From Octopus vulgaris (taxonomy: Eukaryota), in NCBI GenBank assembly GCA_951406725.2, contig OX597817.1:65658001-65722000 (forward strand): a stretch of 64,000 bases of DNA, written 5' to 3'. Positions 13,336-28,734 of the stretch are shown piece by piece. The number at the start of each line of letters is the position of its first letter. Position 1 is the stretch's first letter. The notes beneath the pieces were generated by a model. It was not told the origin of the DNA, made no database searches, and was given only the letters and a program-made list of their open reading frames with translations. The position numbers and the translations under genes were made by a program.

Positions 13336-13524
13336 CAGTGCTCCGCAACCTTTTTTCACTTGCAGTACAATTATATTCTTTTCCATATTCGGCTACACAT
13401 CTGAACTAAAAAGTATAGCTAAAAGTATAAGGAAGAAAAAATTATTTTCAGGTTACGCTGCGGCACACTTAGCATCATCTAGTGGCACATCAATTTTCCG
13501 CGGCATACTGGCTACGGAACACTT
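13336..13524. mobile_element. hAT/Charlie-type MITE (189 bp)
   Basis: TIRs CAGTGCTCCGCAACC / GGCTACGGAACACTT; 8-bp TSD atctaggt/atctaggc with a Charlie-like TCTAG core. Confidence 0.75.
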
Positions 13525-13883
13525 ATCTAGGCTTTCTAGGTGTGTTTTATGATTTAGAGTGTAATCTAGTAAACGATTTAATCTAAGAAGGAAAAGCTGC
13601 CCATGATGTTAATTGTGTTAAGAATTAGTTGTACTTGTGTGTAAGTGGAAAATGTTATGTTACTTAGAGACAGAAAATCTTTCGGTATATTGCTGACTAA
13701 ATTCACCGTGAATGATAGCTTGGACATTTTTCTTCTAATTATTGGTTCTTTTACTATGTGGCAGTTTCAAGGTTTGGTTTCAGCAAACCAAATTAAATTA
13801 TATATACTCTATTCTAGATATTGAGTACTTTTCTCCCATTTGCCACTACTAACAAATATTTATGCACGCGCGTATGTGTGTGC

Positions 13884-13971
<88 letters not shown>

Positions 13972-14003
13972 TGTGTGTGTGTATGTATGTATGTATGTAT
14001 GTA

Positions 14004-14039
<36 letters not shown>

Positions 14040-14162
14040 AATATACATATATATATATGTATATGTACATATATATATATGTATATGTACATATATATAT
14101 ACATATATATATATATACATATATATATACAAATATATGTACATATATATATTATATATATA

Positions 14163-14251
<89 letters not shown>

Positions 14252-14586
14252 AACAACTGCCATACATATAGTATTCATTGAAAAGCACTGCAGGACATGG
14301 AAAAGAGTGTTTTTATTGCTAGTTTTACAATGATGTTTAATTATGACGGCGCCTCTTGTGGCTATTGTTGAATAAAGTGTTTAATTTACGGTTGTATATA
14401 GACTAATTAGTTCATAAGACTAATTACTTCGCTCATATTTTGACATCATTGAAGAACTGTATAACACAACGTGACCTTTTCTCCATGTATAAATATCATC
14501 TTGAACTTATATGCACGAACACACATTCACTCACTTTCTCTCTCACACAGACACGCGTCCACCCCCGCACATATACATATGTTGTT

Positions 14587-14626
<40 letters not shown>

Positions 14627-15539
14627 ACCGACCAGTCCATATATATATATCAGGTACCTGCCGTCAGTAATTACTCAGGGTAGGCAGTTGGTGACCTTTA
14701 TGCAGTAAAACACACAAAAAATAAGCGAAAAACAGTCACGTGGTTGAGTTGAAGGCAGATTTACTTTTGCTATTATAGCGCGTAAAGAAAACGTTGTTGT
14801 AGGAATGCACGCAACACGAGTACTACAGCAGTACTATGCGTAGCTTAAATAATGTGATTGAAAGGCAGGGGCGAATTATGCCCACCTAATCTACAAAAAA
14901 ATAATATAATTTGCATGTTATGCATAGTAATCAGAGTAACCATCATAATTTTATTGGATTAGGCGCATATTTTGCCATAAAAGGAAGATGTTGCTATCGA
15001 TCTATTTTATTCAAAAGCAGCGCTAGTTTTGTAAACATTATCGACAGCACATACTCAATATATGTATTTTGCTTGTTCGTCGGTACGCTGCATATAGCGG
15101 TTTGGGGAGGATTTCCCTCATAACGCTGGTTGTTAAAGCACCTGAAAGTCATAGACAGGCGAGACAAGTCGTCTCCAATACCATTCAGGAGTGACTGATG
15201 CCAATATTTCGCCATTTTTAGGCTTATCAACATCACGTACTGAGATAAATAGTGTAAGAACCTTTTACTGCTATGCCACAGCGATGCATATGAGAGAAAA
15301 GATTAAATTGGGAATGTTTAAGGATCAAGTTTGAGATGCAAGGGAGACGTACCCATCAAGTTAACTGTATGAACCTAACTGTAATCACACTGTAATTCCT
15401 CCAACTCGTACACCCTTCCATCGTCTCCTTTCCACAGGATGTAAAACAGTTCTTTCGTGGGAACATATTTTTTCTGCTTTGGTGTGGATAATTGTTGATT
15501 GCCACCGCTGTTGGAAAACCTACGATTCGAGATGTCTAG

Positions 15540-16010
15540 AAGAAGGGCAGTAAGTGAAAGTGAAGAGCCATAAAAGGATTACACCTGGTATTAAGCTTGA
15601 TGTTTTAAAAAGCTTTATGCGGGAGAAAAAAATCATCCACATTACTAAAATATTGGATGCGTGCAACGTCTATTACTGAGAACAATACGTGACTAAAGAG
15701 ACAATATTAAGTCAAGGGCTCAAGACGTTACTCCGCTACCTGATCGAACCTCATTTTCTCTTAGATCTAATGCAATGCTTAAAATAGAATGTCTCTTGCG
15801 TGTATGAGTCGAGAATCAGACTCGACACATGCCGATAAGCATGACTGTAATTTTTAAAAAAATGTTTGTACAATGATTTTCAGAAATGCGAAGGTGAAAT
15901 TTCTAATAAAAATATTCTTCTGGCTAGTAAAGGCTGTTTTGCAGGGTTTAAGAAGCGCTTGAATTTGCATAACATAAAACTGACTGGTGAAGCTGCCAGA
16001 GCATGTATAT
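15540..16010 (+). pseudogene. Tigger/pogo (CENP-B HTH) transposase relic
   Basis: Broken frames: KRITPGIKLDVLK..., RSNAMLKIECLL..ENQTRHMPIS, LYNDFQ..ASKGCFAGFKKRLNLHNIKLTGEAA (Tigger ASKGWFxxFKxRxxLHNxKxxGEAA). Confidence 0.8.
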
Positions 16011-16406
16011 ATTGCTGTCGAATGAGCACTTATCTAGAAGCTCATGCCTGCTAGAAATTTTATTTCTTGAGAGCAAAAACACAACAACACTACTTGTTTG
16101 TTGTTTTTTCGAAAACCCCCTCGAAACGCATTGTAACATGAAAATCAATGGGAAAATTTAATTCGCATTACAGGATTTTACGTTACAAGTTTTTTTCAGA
16201 AACGTATTAGTCCTCTAATGCAGGGTATTTTTTGTTTACGCATGATGGTGTATTGGCAGAATTGTTACACCGTCAAGCAAAATGCTATGCAATATTAGCT
16301 ATTTACGACCCTTTATGTTCGGGTTTCAAATCTTCTGAATTAGTTGGTTAATGCTTGCAATGCATTTGATAAGTCTTTGATGCAGTACACTGTAGTTATC
16401 TTCAAC

Positions 16407-16475
<69 letters not shown>

Positions 16476-17232
16476 GCGTGCGTGCGTGCCTGCTCGAGCA
16501 TGTGTATACACAATGTGTACTTCAAAAATAGTAACTGTTTAGATAGCTTGTTATTATTCATTAACTGGAGCTGCTCTTAATGAAAAACAGAAAATTTTCA
16601 ATTTGATATTGGACTATGTTAGACTAATTCTGGTAGCCCATTTGTTGTGATGAAGTAACTGTTAAATTGCAGCGATTCTCATGGGACATGCGGGGTGACT
16701 AGATTATTAAACTTATTTAGTAAAAACGAAATGTTTATATTTGTAATTCCGATTGCCAAATTTGTTAAAGAGTCCAAGTGGTGTTATCGGAGGTGGTGAG
16801 ACTGTACGACGCTTATATATATTAGTGATGTAAGTGAAGTAAATTGACATCTACCGAAAAATGAAAAAGTCACGCACTTGACTCGGCTCACCAAGAAAAT
16901 ACTATTTGCTCTTCGGCATTAACCATTAATGTATGGTATATTGATTCAAGACATAGACACACGAACAGTGTATTTTTGGTGATTTGGAGGTTGCAATAAA
17001 TTGGATCGAACCTAGTATTTTTTTTTTTACCCTGAATATTATGGATTGTAGAAACGGCAGAGCAGTTGACAAATTTCCTTGGAGCATGTAGTTAAGTCCT
17101 TTAAATTCCGTGCACAAATCCAACCGAGGGCGGCTTTACTGCATCCCTTCTTCCAAGTTCGGAAAATACAGTGCCCGTTTATTTAATCCTTTATAATATT
17201 ATTCAAAGGAAATTTAAGACATTGGGCTAATA

Positions 17233-18619
17233 TTGGTTTCAAATTTTGGCACATGGCCAGCAATTGTCAGGGAGGGTGCAAGTCGATTACATAGTCCCCA
17301 GTGCTCAACCTGTACTTATTTTATCGATGCCGAAAGGATGAAAGGCAAAATCGATCCCGGAGGTATTTGAACTCAAAATGTAAAGTCGGAAAAAATGCCG
17401 CTAAACATTTTTTTCCGGCGTGGTAACAATTCTGCCAGCTCGTCGCCCTTACCCTGCGCTAATATTGATTTCAAATATTGGCACAGGGCCAGCAATTTTC
17501 GGGAAGGGGTTAACTTGATTGCATCGACCCTAGTGTCCAACTGGTACTTATTTTATTGACCTCGGAAGGATGAAAGGCGAAGTCGACCTCAGAGGCATTT
17601 GAACTCAGAGCATAAAGTCAGAAGAAATACAGTTAAGTATTTTTTGCCGGTGCTGTAACGATTCTTCTACATCGTGTTTATATTAACACCTTTGAAGGCA
17701 GTTAGCTGGCAGAATCGTTAGCATGCCGGGAAAAATGCTTAGCAGCATTTCGTCTGTCTTAACGCTCTAAATCCAAATTCCGCCGAGGTCGACTTTGTCT
17801 TTCATCCCCTTTCAGGGTCGACGAAATAAATACCAATTAAGCACAGGGGTCGATATAATCGACTTAACCCCTGCCCCGAAATTAGAGGCCTTGTAACAAA
17901 ATTTGAACTAACTAACAAAATACCAATGTTAGAGTTTATGACATCAAAATAATGTTAGAACTTATAATATTGTGATAAATATCAAATACCATTATGTTAA
18001 GTTTTGGCAGTGAAGGCGCACGGCTCAGTGGTTAGAGCGTCGAGCTTACGATCGTGAGGTTGTGAGTTCGAATCCCGGACCGGCTGTGTGTTGTGTTCTT
18101 GAGCAAGACACTTTATTTCACGTTGCTCCAGTCCACTCAGCTGTAGAAATGAGTTGCGACGTCACAGGTGCCAAGCTGTATCGGCCTTTGCCTTTCCCTT
18201 GGATAACACTGGTAACGTGGAGAGGGGAGGCTGGTATGCTTGGGCGACTGGGGGTCTTTCATAAACAACCTTACTCGGACTTGTGCCTGGGAGGATAACT
18301 TTCTAGGTGCAATCCTATGGTCAGTCATGACCGAAGGGGGTCTCAAAAACAAGTTTGGGCTGAGGAGAGTGTAGTTGATTAGTAATGATCTACACTTAAA
18401 TGATGGTTCATTTTATCGAATCTTAAAATATGAAAGATGAAGTCTACTCAGTGAAATATGAACTCAAAATGCAAAGGGTTGCAACTAATACTGAAAATCA
18501 TTTTCTCCATCAACTACCGATACTGCCAATACACCGGTCTTTATTACATTTTGTCTGATGCTGTTATCGATTCGACCACTTCATTGCCTTTTGTTAGAAA
18601 CTATTACATTTACAGGTTA

Positions 18620-18664
<45 letters not shown>

Positions 18665-18750
18665 AATAATAATAATAATAATTATTATTATTATTGTTGT
18701 TGTTGTTATCATTATTATTATTATTATTACTTTTATTATTATTATTATTA

Positions 18751-18814
<64 letters not shown>

Positions 18815-19265
18815 GGCGGCGAGCTGGCAGAATCGATAGCGCTCTGGACGAAATGCTTAGCAGTATTTCGCCCGTCACTACGTTCTGAGTTCGAATTCCG
18901 CCGAGGTCGACTTTGCTTTTCATCCTTTCGGGGTTGATAATTACCAGTGAAACACTGTGGTTGATGTAATCGACTCGTCTCCTCCTCAAACTTGAGGCTT
19001 TGTGCCTCCAATAGAAAGGGTTATCATTATCATTCTTATTATTATTACTAAGGCGGCGAGCTGGCAGGATCATTAGCACGCCGGGCGAAATATTTAGCTG
19101 CATTTCGTCTGCCGCTACGTTCTGAGTTCAAATTTCGCCGAGGTCAACTTTATCTTTCATCCTTTCAGGGTCGATAAATTAAGTACCGGTTGAGTACTGG
19201 GGGTCGATGTAATCGCCTATGCCCCTGCCCCAAATTTCAGGCCTTGTGCCTATAATAGAAAAGAT
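17233..19265. mobile_element. SINE cluster: about five copies of a 'ggcggcgagctggcagaatcgttagc...' family in both orientations (about 17233-17450 -, 17461-17670 -, 17695-17910 +, 18814-19020 +, 19051-19265 +)
   Basis: Repeated 'gttcaaattccgccgaggtcgactttgcctttcatcctttcggggtcgataaa..taagtaccagt' core; further copies at about 48885-49370 and 59730-59910. Confidence 0.85.
18012..18344 (+). mobile_element. Full-length tRNA-derived SINE, CpG-rich copy
   Basis: A box ggctcagtgg, B box gagttcgaatc, shared core and tail 'tgaccgaagggggtctc'; same family at 44837 and 58540. Confidence 0.88.
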
Positions 19266-19670
19266 TGTTATTATTATTATTATTACCATCATCATTTGTT
19301 TGTGTTTTGTTTTGTTTTTAATGCCAGATGTATGGAAAGGATGCGGTGAGGAACCTACTCTAGGATTGTGTAACCATTTGGTGGAAGATAAACCACATTG
19401 TTTCCGCCCTCGACCAACATCAGGTAAATAATAACAGAGAGAGAGAGAGAAGGGGTAAGTAAGTGAGGAGAGTCAATGAGAGAGCGAGAGAGAGAGAGGG
19501 GTGAGTGAGAGGAGTAGAAAGAAAGAGATTCATGACTCCTTGTATTCTTTTCATACTTGTTTTAGTTTCTTGGTTATGACTATCCCCGGACTCGAACAGT
19601 CAATGTCACTGAAATCTATTGTAGCATATTCACCTTTTGTAAATAAAATGATCTGAAATTGTATTTCCTA

Positions 19671-19731
<61 letters not shown>

Positions 19732-19900
19732 TCTTTCTCTCTCTCCCTCTCTCTTTCTCTCTCTCTCTCCCTTTCTGTTGTCGGAAGTCTTGTACAGTTG
19801 GTTTATCAAGGAACTTTCCCTGTATAATGATCAAGTACAATAGTTAGGTTGTTGGACTCACAATCATGATGTCCTTGGACAAGGCGATATTGCTCTAGTC

Positions 19901-20479
19901 CAGGGGTTCTCAACCATTCTTTTTTTATCTATAGACCCCTTTGATTATTATTTTATTCTGGTGGACTCCCATATTCATTTGACGTTTAAAAACTAGTTTT
20001 ATAGAACCTCTTTCAAAATTCTTATTTTGTTTTTCACACATTGTGTATGTTGAACTATGTAAAATGTTGGAGAAAGAAACCTATTTTCTTGCTATAAACT
20101 TTTACAGGGTTCCTTAAAATACTACTGTAGGTCCTCAATTTACTATTTTGCTTGTGTGAACGTCCTTTGATCACTTTTTTTTATTCTGGTGGACACCCTA
20201 GCCATTTGATGTTTAAAAACTAGTTTTATAGAAACTTCTTTCCAAATTCTTATTTTGTCTTGCACGCATTAGCTTGTGTAGATTGCACTATGTAAAATGT
20301 TAGAGAAAGAAACCTAACTGTTTCTTGCATTACATACCAAAACATAGATCGAAAGCAAAATATTTTCAGGGGCTCTTATAATACTATTGTAGATCCCCAA
20401 TTTACTATTTTGTTGCGTGTCCCCCATCAATCCTACATGGATCCTCAGGGGCCACATTGACGCCGGTTGAGAACCACTA
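19901..20479. mobile_element. hAT/Charlie (MER5-like) MITE with an internal duplication of about 235 bp, inserted in a SINE remnant
   Basis: TIRs CAGGGGTTCTCAACC / GGTTGAGAACCACTA; 8-bp TSD ctctagtc/ctctagac. Confidence 0.85.
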
Positions 20480-22689
20480 CTCTAGACCAATCAGATGAAA
20501 ATAAATTCGTCTGCTGCAGAGTGGTGCTTCGTAGATTATAAACTTTAAATCTTGCAACTGCAAGATCGCCTTTAATGGTGATAGCACACTTGATAATGGT
20601 GATGACTACTATTCGCTGTAGAACCCTTGTATTATTTTGTTTTCGCTATTACTGTTGCTATTTAACTGCAACTCAACCAGCATTGAAAGAATCTATAATG
20701 AACGCAATTCTGTCTATGAGCATCTCATCTTTTTTTTTAATTTCTAAGACTATACCAATTCAATGTGTCCTTCCTTGTTTATTAAGGAATAGTGGGATTT
20801 AAAGAAGATTTGATTGCTGCTATTGTTGTTGTTTTTTGCTTAAATCTAGTTTTGCTTTGATCGAGCAAACTTAAGATCAAAAGCATTTCAGCTCTAAGCA
20901 ACCTGCCCCTTTTCCAGGTATAATGTATTTGGGGCTATATTATGCCATGTGTCCTTCCTTTTTGAAGGATGAACGTTATGTGGTCTGGGGGACACAGGCT
21001 GCTATTTTGGCATGTCGAAGCTTCCCTTGATAGGAAGTTTATATATTTGACAAGGTGTAGTAACATCTGAAGGGAATTGTGATTTATAGTGTATATCAGT
21101 TTCACTGATACACGATTGTGTGGTTAAGAAGTTTGCGTTGCAACCACTTAGTTTGATATTCAATCCCGCTGCACGGTGACACTTTGTCAAATATCCCCCA
21201 CTATAACCCCAGATTAAACAATGTCATGGAGTGAAATTTGGAATACGCTTATAGTTCGGAAGACTATATATTAGCGAAGGATGGAAACAATGGCGAGAGG
21301 ATAAAAAAAGTTCCAATGTTGCTTTACGAAAGATGACCTCTGTGATATTTGTTCTACATCGAATTACAGACACTCCCCATCACTTTCACTGTCGGCAATG
21401 CAGGGAATCAATGATTTGCCTGTTAGAAGCTGCAAATGATGGTGCTATTGTTCCCTTGCTGCGATATAAAATAAGGAAGTCGTTTTGTAATTTTCGTTTT
21501 TTTTTCCCACTTCTGCAACAGTTTCCATCGACCACATTCGCTCTTAAGGCATTGGTCTGCCCGGGGGCCATAAGAGAAGACATTTACCCAAGTACCACGC
21601 ATTTGGACTGAACATGAAACTGCGAAGCTGCGAAGTACTGTTCTTAACCACACAGCCATGCTTACGCCCATATATAAACTATCCAGGCTATCGCATGTGA
21701 AACCACATTAATAACGCTTAACGTTTTACTTTGCGTATACAAGTAAATCGAAGTGCTTCAATAGTTATCACACAGTTGCATATATTACGCATATATTTGT
21801 TGGCACCAAATATTTCTTATTTGATTGTGAATGTACTACGTAGACACTTGAAGAAAAAAAACTAAAGATAGAGATAATGTCGTATTTACTTTTCAGCGAA
21901 AAAGATCATGTAAAAACTGGATGTAGTAGTACTTTTACTTATGTGAGTTAAGATTTGTTTGTCTCCTATAAATGTGATCATTTTTGACGTTAAATGAATT
22001 TTAAAAGAAAAGACTTGTCGGTGACTTGGTTTACTCTAATTTATCTTCTTATTCTTCAGCTTAAAATGTAATTTCTGCTCAGAGATCTCGTCTGCATAAA
22101 ATATGAATTATCAGATGGTGACAATATTATAGTCCAGTCTCGCCAGGAATGAATTTAAAAAATGTTTATGCATCGATGTCCTTTCAAAATAAAGCATATG
22201 AAGTTCTGAGAAGATGTCCATGGTAGAAGAACGTTGAAGTGGGTGTTTTACCGCATGTGATTTGGCACCTAACAGTAATGAGTTCAAGTTCCACAGAAGT
22301 CGACTTTGTTTTCATTTCACTTTGAGATGGATGAGGATCGATAAATTAGTACCAGGTATATATGAAGTGAACAATTTGATCGTATATATTATATGTATAT
22401 TTCCATTCCATTGAGTACTTTTCGATTCTTTACTGAATGAAACGTTGGTATGGCTTGTAAATTTAGATATGGACGAAATTTGAATCCAGAATACAGAGAA
22501 CCAGAACAGATATCGATATTCTACCAATTCCACTGTTTTTCCATCTTGGAGAGGTACTTTATTTATCAAACTAAAAAATAGGAAAAGCAAAGTTGACCTC
22601 AGCTGGATTTGAACTCAGAGCGCACGCATAGAACCAAAATGAATATCCATTCGAAGCTCAAATAAATAGCCCTGCCAATTTGCAATGCG

Positions 22690-22709
22690 TACGTACGTAC
22701 GTACGTACG

Positions 22710-22743
<34 letters not shown>

Positions 22744-23065
22744 TGTATGTATGTATGTATGTATGTATGTATGTGTGTGTGTATTATGTATGCATGCATG
22801 TATGCATTGTTGGCATGTATGTGCGTCTATGTATGTATGTACGTGTGTCTATGTATGTATGTATGTATGTGTGTGTGTGTGTGTATGTATGTATGTACGT
22901 ACGTACGTACGTACGTACGTATGTATGTATGTATGTATGTATGTATGTGTGTGTGTATGTATGTATGTGTGTGTGTATTATGTATGCATGCATGTATGCA
23001 TTGTTGGCATGTATGTGCGTCTATGTATGTATGTACGTGTGTCTATGTATGTATGTATGTATGTA

Positions 23066-23097
<32 letters not shown>

Positions 23098-23175
23098 CGT
23101 ACGTACGTACGTACGTATGTATGTATGTATGTATGTATGTATGTATGTATGTATGTATGTATGTATGTATGCATG
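22690..23175. repeat. Compound (GTAT)n/(GTAC)n/(GT)n microsatellite with a higher-order duplication of about 194 bp
   Basis: The interruption 'attatgtatgcatgcatgtatgcattgttggcatg' occurs at both 22783 and 22977. Confidence 0.85.
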
Positions 23176-23629
23176 CAAGGAACGATTTCATACACAACAC
23201 TTGAATTAACTTGGCCTTTTTTGTTTAATCAAAAGAAGTCAATACCGACCAAAGAAACAAGGCAGTAAAAAAATTTAGAGATGAAAGAAAATGAAAGGAA
23301 TTTGCTTATGGCTCTGACATTTTCCATCTCTTAGCATCGTTTTTGTATCGAGCATCAATACCAACCTTTAGCAATTGTCTCATCTTTGTGGCTTGACATC
23401 GTGTCCTAGTAAAATGTTTTGGAATCACATTTAACTGCAAACAACCTCTGCCCTTGGACAGAAAGGCCATTTTATTCAAATTGGCAGCAGTTAGAATAAT
23501 TCTTGACTTCTATGAACGAACTTGACAATACTCTTGTTATGTTCTTTAGAAAAAGCAAATATTTTCAGGCTAAATTCTTTAAGCTTTGTCAATGCCACTA
23601 ACAAGAAAGACAAAGACAAAGCAATGATG

Positions 23630-23735
<106 letters not shown>

Positions 23736-24556
23736 CAACAACAACAATAGCAATAGTAAATAAATAAATAAATAAATAAATAAAATAACAGCAACAATAG
23801 TGACAAGAACTAAAGCATTAAAATACAATAAGACAAAAAAAAACTAAGTTACAACAACAAGAAACACCGCCAACATCAACATCATCATTATCAACGACTA
23901 AAGCAGTTAACAGTAGTAACTAACCATCGATACAACTGGTCGATGTAAAATAATAGAAATAATAGATATAATAGAAAGGAAGTAGAAGACAACCCTGCTT
24001 AGGCACACTTCACACACAAGCCGCACATACGCTCGCACGTGCGCGCTCACACGCACATATATATACGTTTATGTAAGTGTGTGTGTGTATGTGTGTGCTT
24101 CTTTTATGTGATCTTTTTTCTGAGTTGTGTGACTCTGTTCCATATTTGTCTCGTAGACAAATGTCGCAGCACTAAAATATCTTAACTTATCAACTATTTA
24201 GTGAGGACTTTGTGGTGTTATGTCTTCGTGAAAATGCATACATACATACATACATACATACATACATACATACATACATACATACATACATACATACATG
24301 TATTAATGTATGTATATAGATATATAAATAAATAAGCATATATATATATATATGTATGCATATATATATATGTATGTATGTATGTATGTACAAACAAATA
24401 TATATATATATATATACATATGCATATACATGTACATGCATGCATATATACATATACACATATATACTTATATACAGATACACATATATATGTATATACA
24501 CATGTACTGATACATAATATATATTTATATATACATATATATATATGTGTGTATAT

Positions 24557-24615
<59 letters not shown>

Positions 24616-24661
24616 CATACGTATCTCTCTCACTTTCTCACTCTCTCTCTCTCTCTCTCAA

Positions 24662-24718
<57 letters not shown>

Positions 24719-24787
24719 CTAAATAGAATAAATCTGATTTTTAAATGTGTGTGTGTGTGTGTATGTGTGTGTGTGTGCGTGTGCGTG

Positions 24788-24851
<64 letters not shown>

Positions 24852-27060
24852 TTTTTCAGTTATGTGTCTGTACACGTGATCCTTCGTACAGGTTTGGGCA
24901 GCGGAAAGATTTTAAAAGTATGCTATTGCCATAGTGTTTGTGACCAAATTGCTAACGTCGCTTTCAACAATGATCTGGCTTACATACCAGCTGGTTTATA
25001 ATGAGCATCCGTGAGGTCACTCAACCTCCTGAAAACAGCAACCAAACTGCCTTCACTAATACCTTATTTTTATAGAAAGAAAGCAATGGTTAATTTGATC
25101 GTAGGACTTCTCGATCAGATTATCTTGGGGCTGAACAACAACAGTTAATAAATAAATGCCTCTAGTATTAGTGGTACGTCTAACACTCTGACCGGGAACA
25201 TGAACTTGGTCGCTCGACCTGCTTGAAATAATAGCCACATCTCCGTTAAATCATTCCTACAGTCTTTAAACAGTACACATGGGTCAATATAATACGGCGT
25301 ACACAATGCCTGGAAAAAGACGGGATGCTCATGGCTGGAATGCGTATCATAGGTCTGCTCGGTCAAGACTGAACTGGACATCGGCAGGAGCACAGCGTGT
25401 GTCTGATTGATCAGGGCTGAAAAGTAGCTAAACAAAAATAACAATACTGATCTTGGTTTTTGAGTGCCTTTAATGTTGCTAAAAATGCCTAGGCAACGCC
25501 CAGTTTAACATCGCAACATTTTCCTAGCGTACCATTAGTTTTGTTAGTAAGCTTAAGACATCCAAGGACCGGAGGTGGTGTTAGCACCCTCACCTGATCC
25601 TTGGATGACTTTAACAGAATTCATTCTGTTGCAAACATTCAGACTAGACCCTCCCCACAGTTCTCACAAAACCCATGTTCTTTATTTTTCTTTATTTTTT
25701 TTTCTGCTGGTATTTACCTGCAGATGTTTACACTGGACATCAGGAGCATTAACCCCACCACGAAAGGAGAGTCTGTAAAGTTCAACAAAGCTATTCCTTC
25801 TTGAAATATATTATATATAAATAAAAAAAAGAACACACAAAATTGTTGGCAAATGGCACATGACATTTATTTGAATAAAGATGAAGTTCAGAACTTAATT
25901 TGAAAGAATTCAGTATGAACTCTCTGCATAACCCCAACACCACCAAAAGACTCTATACTGCATCCCCACCCTTTTTCTTTTGCTATGAGATAAAATAGAA
26001 TGAAATAAAATTGAATAGATCAAAATATAATAACATTAATTGCTTTGTTTTCTATTTTAACAATTTCATTCACATTTAGGATGTATTATAGATGTAGACA
26101 CAACCCTTCATCGAAGATGATTAATAGTAGACATCTTGGACCATGAAATATATATTTACCTTCAATTACATTATGTAACAACACACTAGAACAAAAATAT
26201 TTTAAATTCAGAAATTAACCTTCGATTGTATAATAAAATGATCGCAAATTTGCTATCAATTGATTTCAGATCTCTTTAAGCGACAAAATTAGTGACTTTG
26301 ATGTTATGAAACTGAATAACTATTGTAATGGACCATTGGTAGTCAAAATGAATTATGTTTTGCAACATTGCATGATTGGAATATATATTGATTCCAGTGC
26401 TTCACAAGTATTATATTTTATATACTTCAACAATTTAAAATGCAAAGCTGTCTTTGGCGGTATTTGAAATCAGGACACAAATATCCATAATTAAATACAA
26501 GGCATCTTGTTCAAAGTTCTAGCAATTCTGTAAATTTATAACTGTTATTACGTAAAATGATGCCTCCTCTTAACTTTGGTAGTTCATATAATTAGTCTGG
26601 TTCTTCAAGGAAGCAGCATATTAATAAATATACCCTAGTGTATTGCTGGTAATTAGATATTTGATTCCAGATGGATGAGGGGAAAAAACAAGCTCAATGC
26701 GATATAAACTTAAAAACGTTGAGAAACTGAAACCATAACCAAATACTGTAATCCATCTCGTCTGGTACTGCAGTATTTCTGCTAAATTGCCATCATTAAG
26801 AAAAGGAAATACAGACTATCAACAATGTCTCGGTTTTTTGAAATGTCAACTAGCATACATTTTAAATCTATTAAAAACTAAAGATAAGACAGATTAGCAC
26901 GACAGAAATAAGATAAAGAAAGCTAAGTGAGTGTGTATCAGTGAGAAGTGTTTTAAATATATATATGTGGCCGGAGTCTAACGACTGAAACAAGTAAAAG
27001 AATTTTATATTTTCTTTTTGTAACATATTTCTAGAATATATATATATGTATGTATATATG

Positions 27061-27124
<64 letters not shown>

Positions 27125-28734
27125 CAGTTACGGCCAAAATGTTCAGAACGGCATTGTTTTCGTCAGAAAAGTAGGTATAATTTTTTATCAAAGTTGTTTT
27201 ATATTCTATAATTTTTACAGACAATAAATACGATATTATTTGTTATTGTCTGAGATTTTGGTGTAATTTGAGTGGATAATACAAAAGTTATGGATGATTT
27301 AGTGATTTACTACAAAATCCATGGCGGCCAAAATGATCAGAACGGTTGCTTTTAATCCGTGTTTTAGTATATTTAACCGGCGAACTCTAATGTTTTGAAT
27401 TTGTTTACGTGACGGTTCGTTTACTAAACATTAGTAAGAATATCTGCAGTGTACTTTGTTAATATAATGCCACTTACTCCGTTACCAATTCGTCAGCAGA
27501 TTATTAAGCTTCGAAAGAAGGATAATTTAAATATTGGGTCTATTGCAAAGATTGTTAACAAGTCAAAAAGTGTTGTTCACGGTATTCTTAAGGTCTACGA
27601 TGATTGTGATTCATGTGAAGCAAAAAGTCTACAGGTAGATCAAGAAAAACGACCAAGAGAGAAGATCGTGCTATGGTAAAGTTGGTTAAAAAGGACAGAT
27701 TTAAAACTGCTGCTGCTGTTTCTCGGGAAATGAGCATTGTACTGAAGAAAACTTTATCTCGAAAAACTGTGTCTCGTCGTTTAGTTGAACATGACCTACA
27801 AGCAAGAGCACCTGCAGTGAAGCCACTGATCAGCTCCAAGAATAAAAAGTGTCGTCTTACCTTTGCAACCGAACATGTGTTGTGGTCTCAAGAAAAATGG
27901 CAAACGGTGCATTTCAGTGATGAATCTAAGTTTATGTTATTTGGCTCAGATGGGAAAAGTAGGTGAAAAATTGTCGCCTAAATGCCTTAAGACTAGTGTT
28001 AAATTCGGTGGAGGAAGTGTCATGGTTTGGGGGATGATATCTGGAGATGGTGTGGGGCCCTTTGGTGCGATTACATGGAAAGGTAAATGCAGGAGTTTAT
28101 AAACAACTTGTAAAAGATCATTTCTTGCCTGTGCTGAGAAATTCAACTAAGCGACCACCCATGTTCATGCAGGACAATGCCCCATGTCACAAGGCTAAGG
28201 TGGTCATGAACTTCCTCAAGGCTGAAAAGGTTATTGTTATGGATTGGCCTGCTCAAAGCCCAGATCTCAATCCTATTGAAAATGTGTGGAATATTCTAGG
28301 AGAACGTTCGAAAGCCAGAAATCCGAAAGCAACCGAGCAATTATGGAATGCCCTTCAGGAAGAATAGAATAAGATCACCTAGCAAGAAATTGAAAATTTA
28401 ATTTCCTCATGCAGTCGAAGATGTCAAAGTGTGATTGAAGCTAAAGGGCTTCACACTAAATATTAAATAATTCCAGTATTCTCTGTAATTTTTTTATTAT
28501 TTTGTTATTTTTTCAACCGTTCTGATCATTTTGGCCGCCATGAGTTCTGCAGTAAATCACTAAATCATCCATAACTTTTGTATTATCCTCTCAAATTACA
28601 CCAAAATCTCAGACAATAACAATTAATATTGTATTTATTGTCTGTGAAAATTATAGACTATAAAACAACTTTGATAAAAAATTTATACCTACTTTTCTGA
28701 CGAAAACAATGCCGTTCTGAGCATTTTGGTCGCA

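Noticed and set aside
13814-14288. Long ORFs such as [19 protein letters not shown], poly-I/N/Y here and throughout the ORF track
   Set aside because: They are translations of stop-free microsatellites, with no coding signal.
18012-18085. tRNA gene
   Set aside because: A and B boxes are present but run straight into a multicopy SINE body; no complete cloverleaf acceptor stem.
23410-23525. Possible second half of the CRD (VKCFGITFNCKQPLP...)
   Set aside because: Weak acceptor, wrong cysteine spacing, no WP motif and no final cysteine.
25724-25825. Possible plus-strand terminal exon (cctgcag acceptor, short ORF, AATAAA)
   Set aside because: No recognisable peptide; such signals are common by chance in AT-rich DNA.
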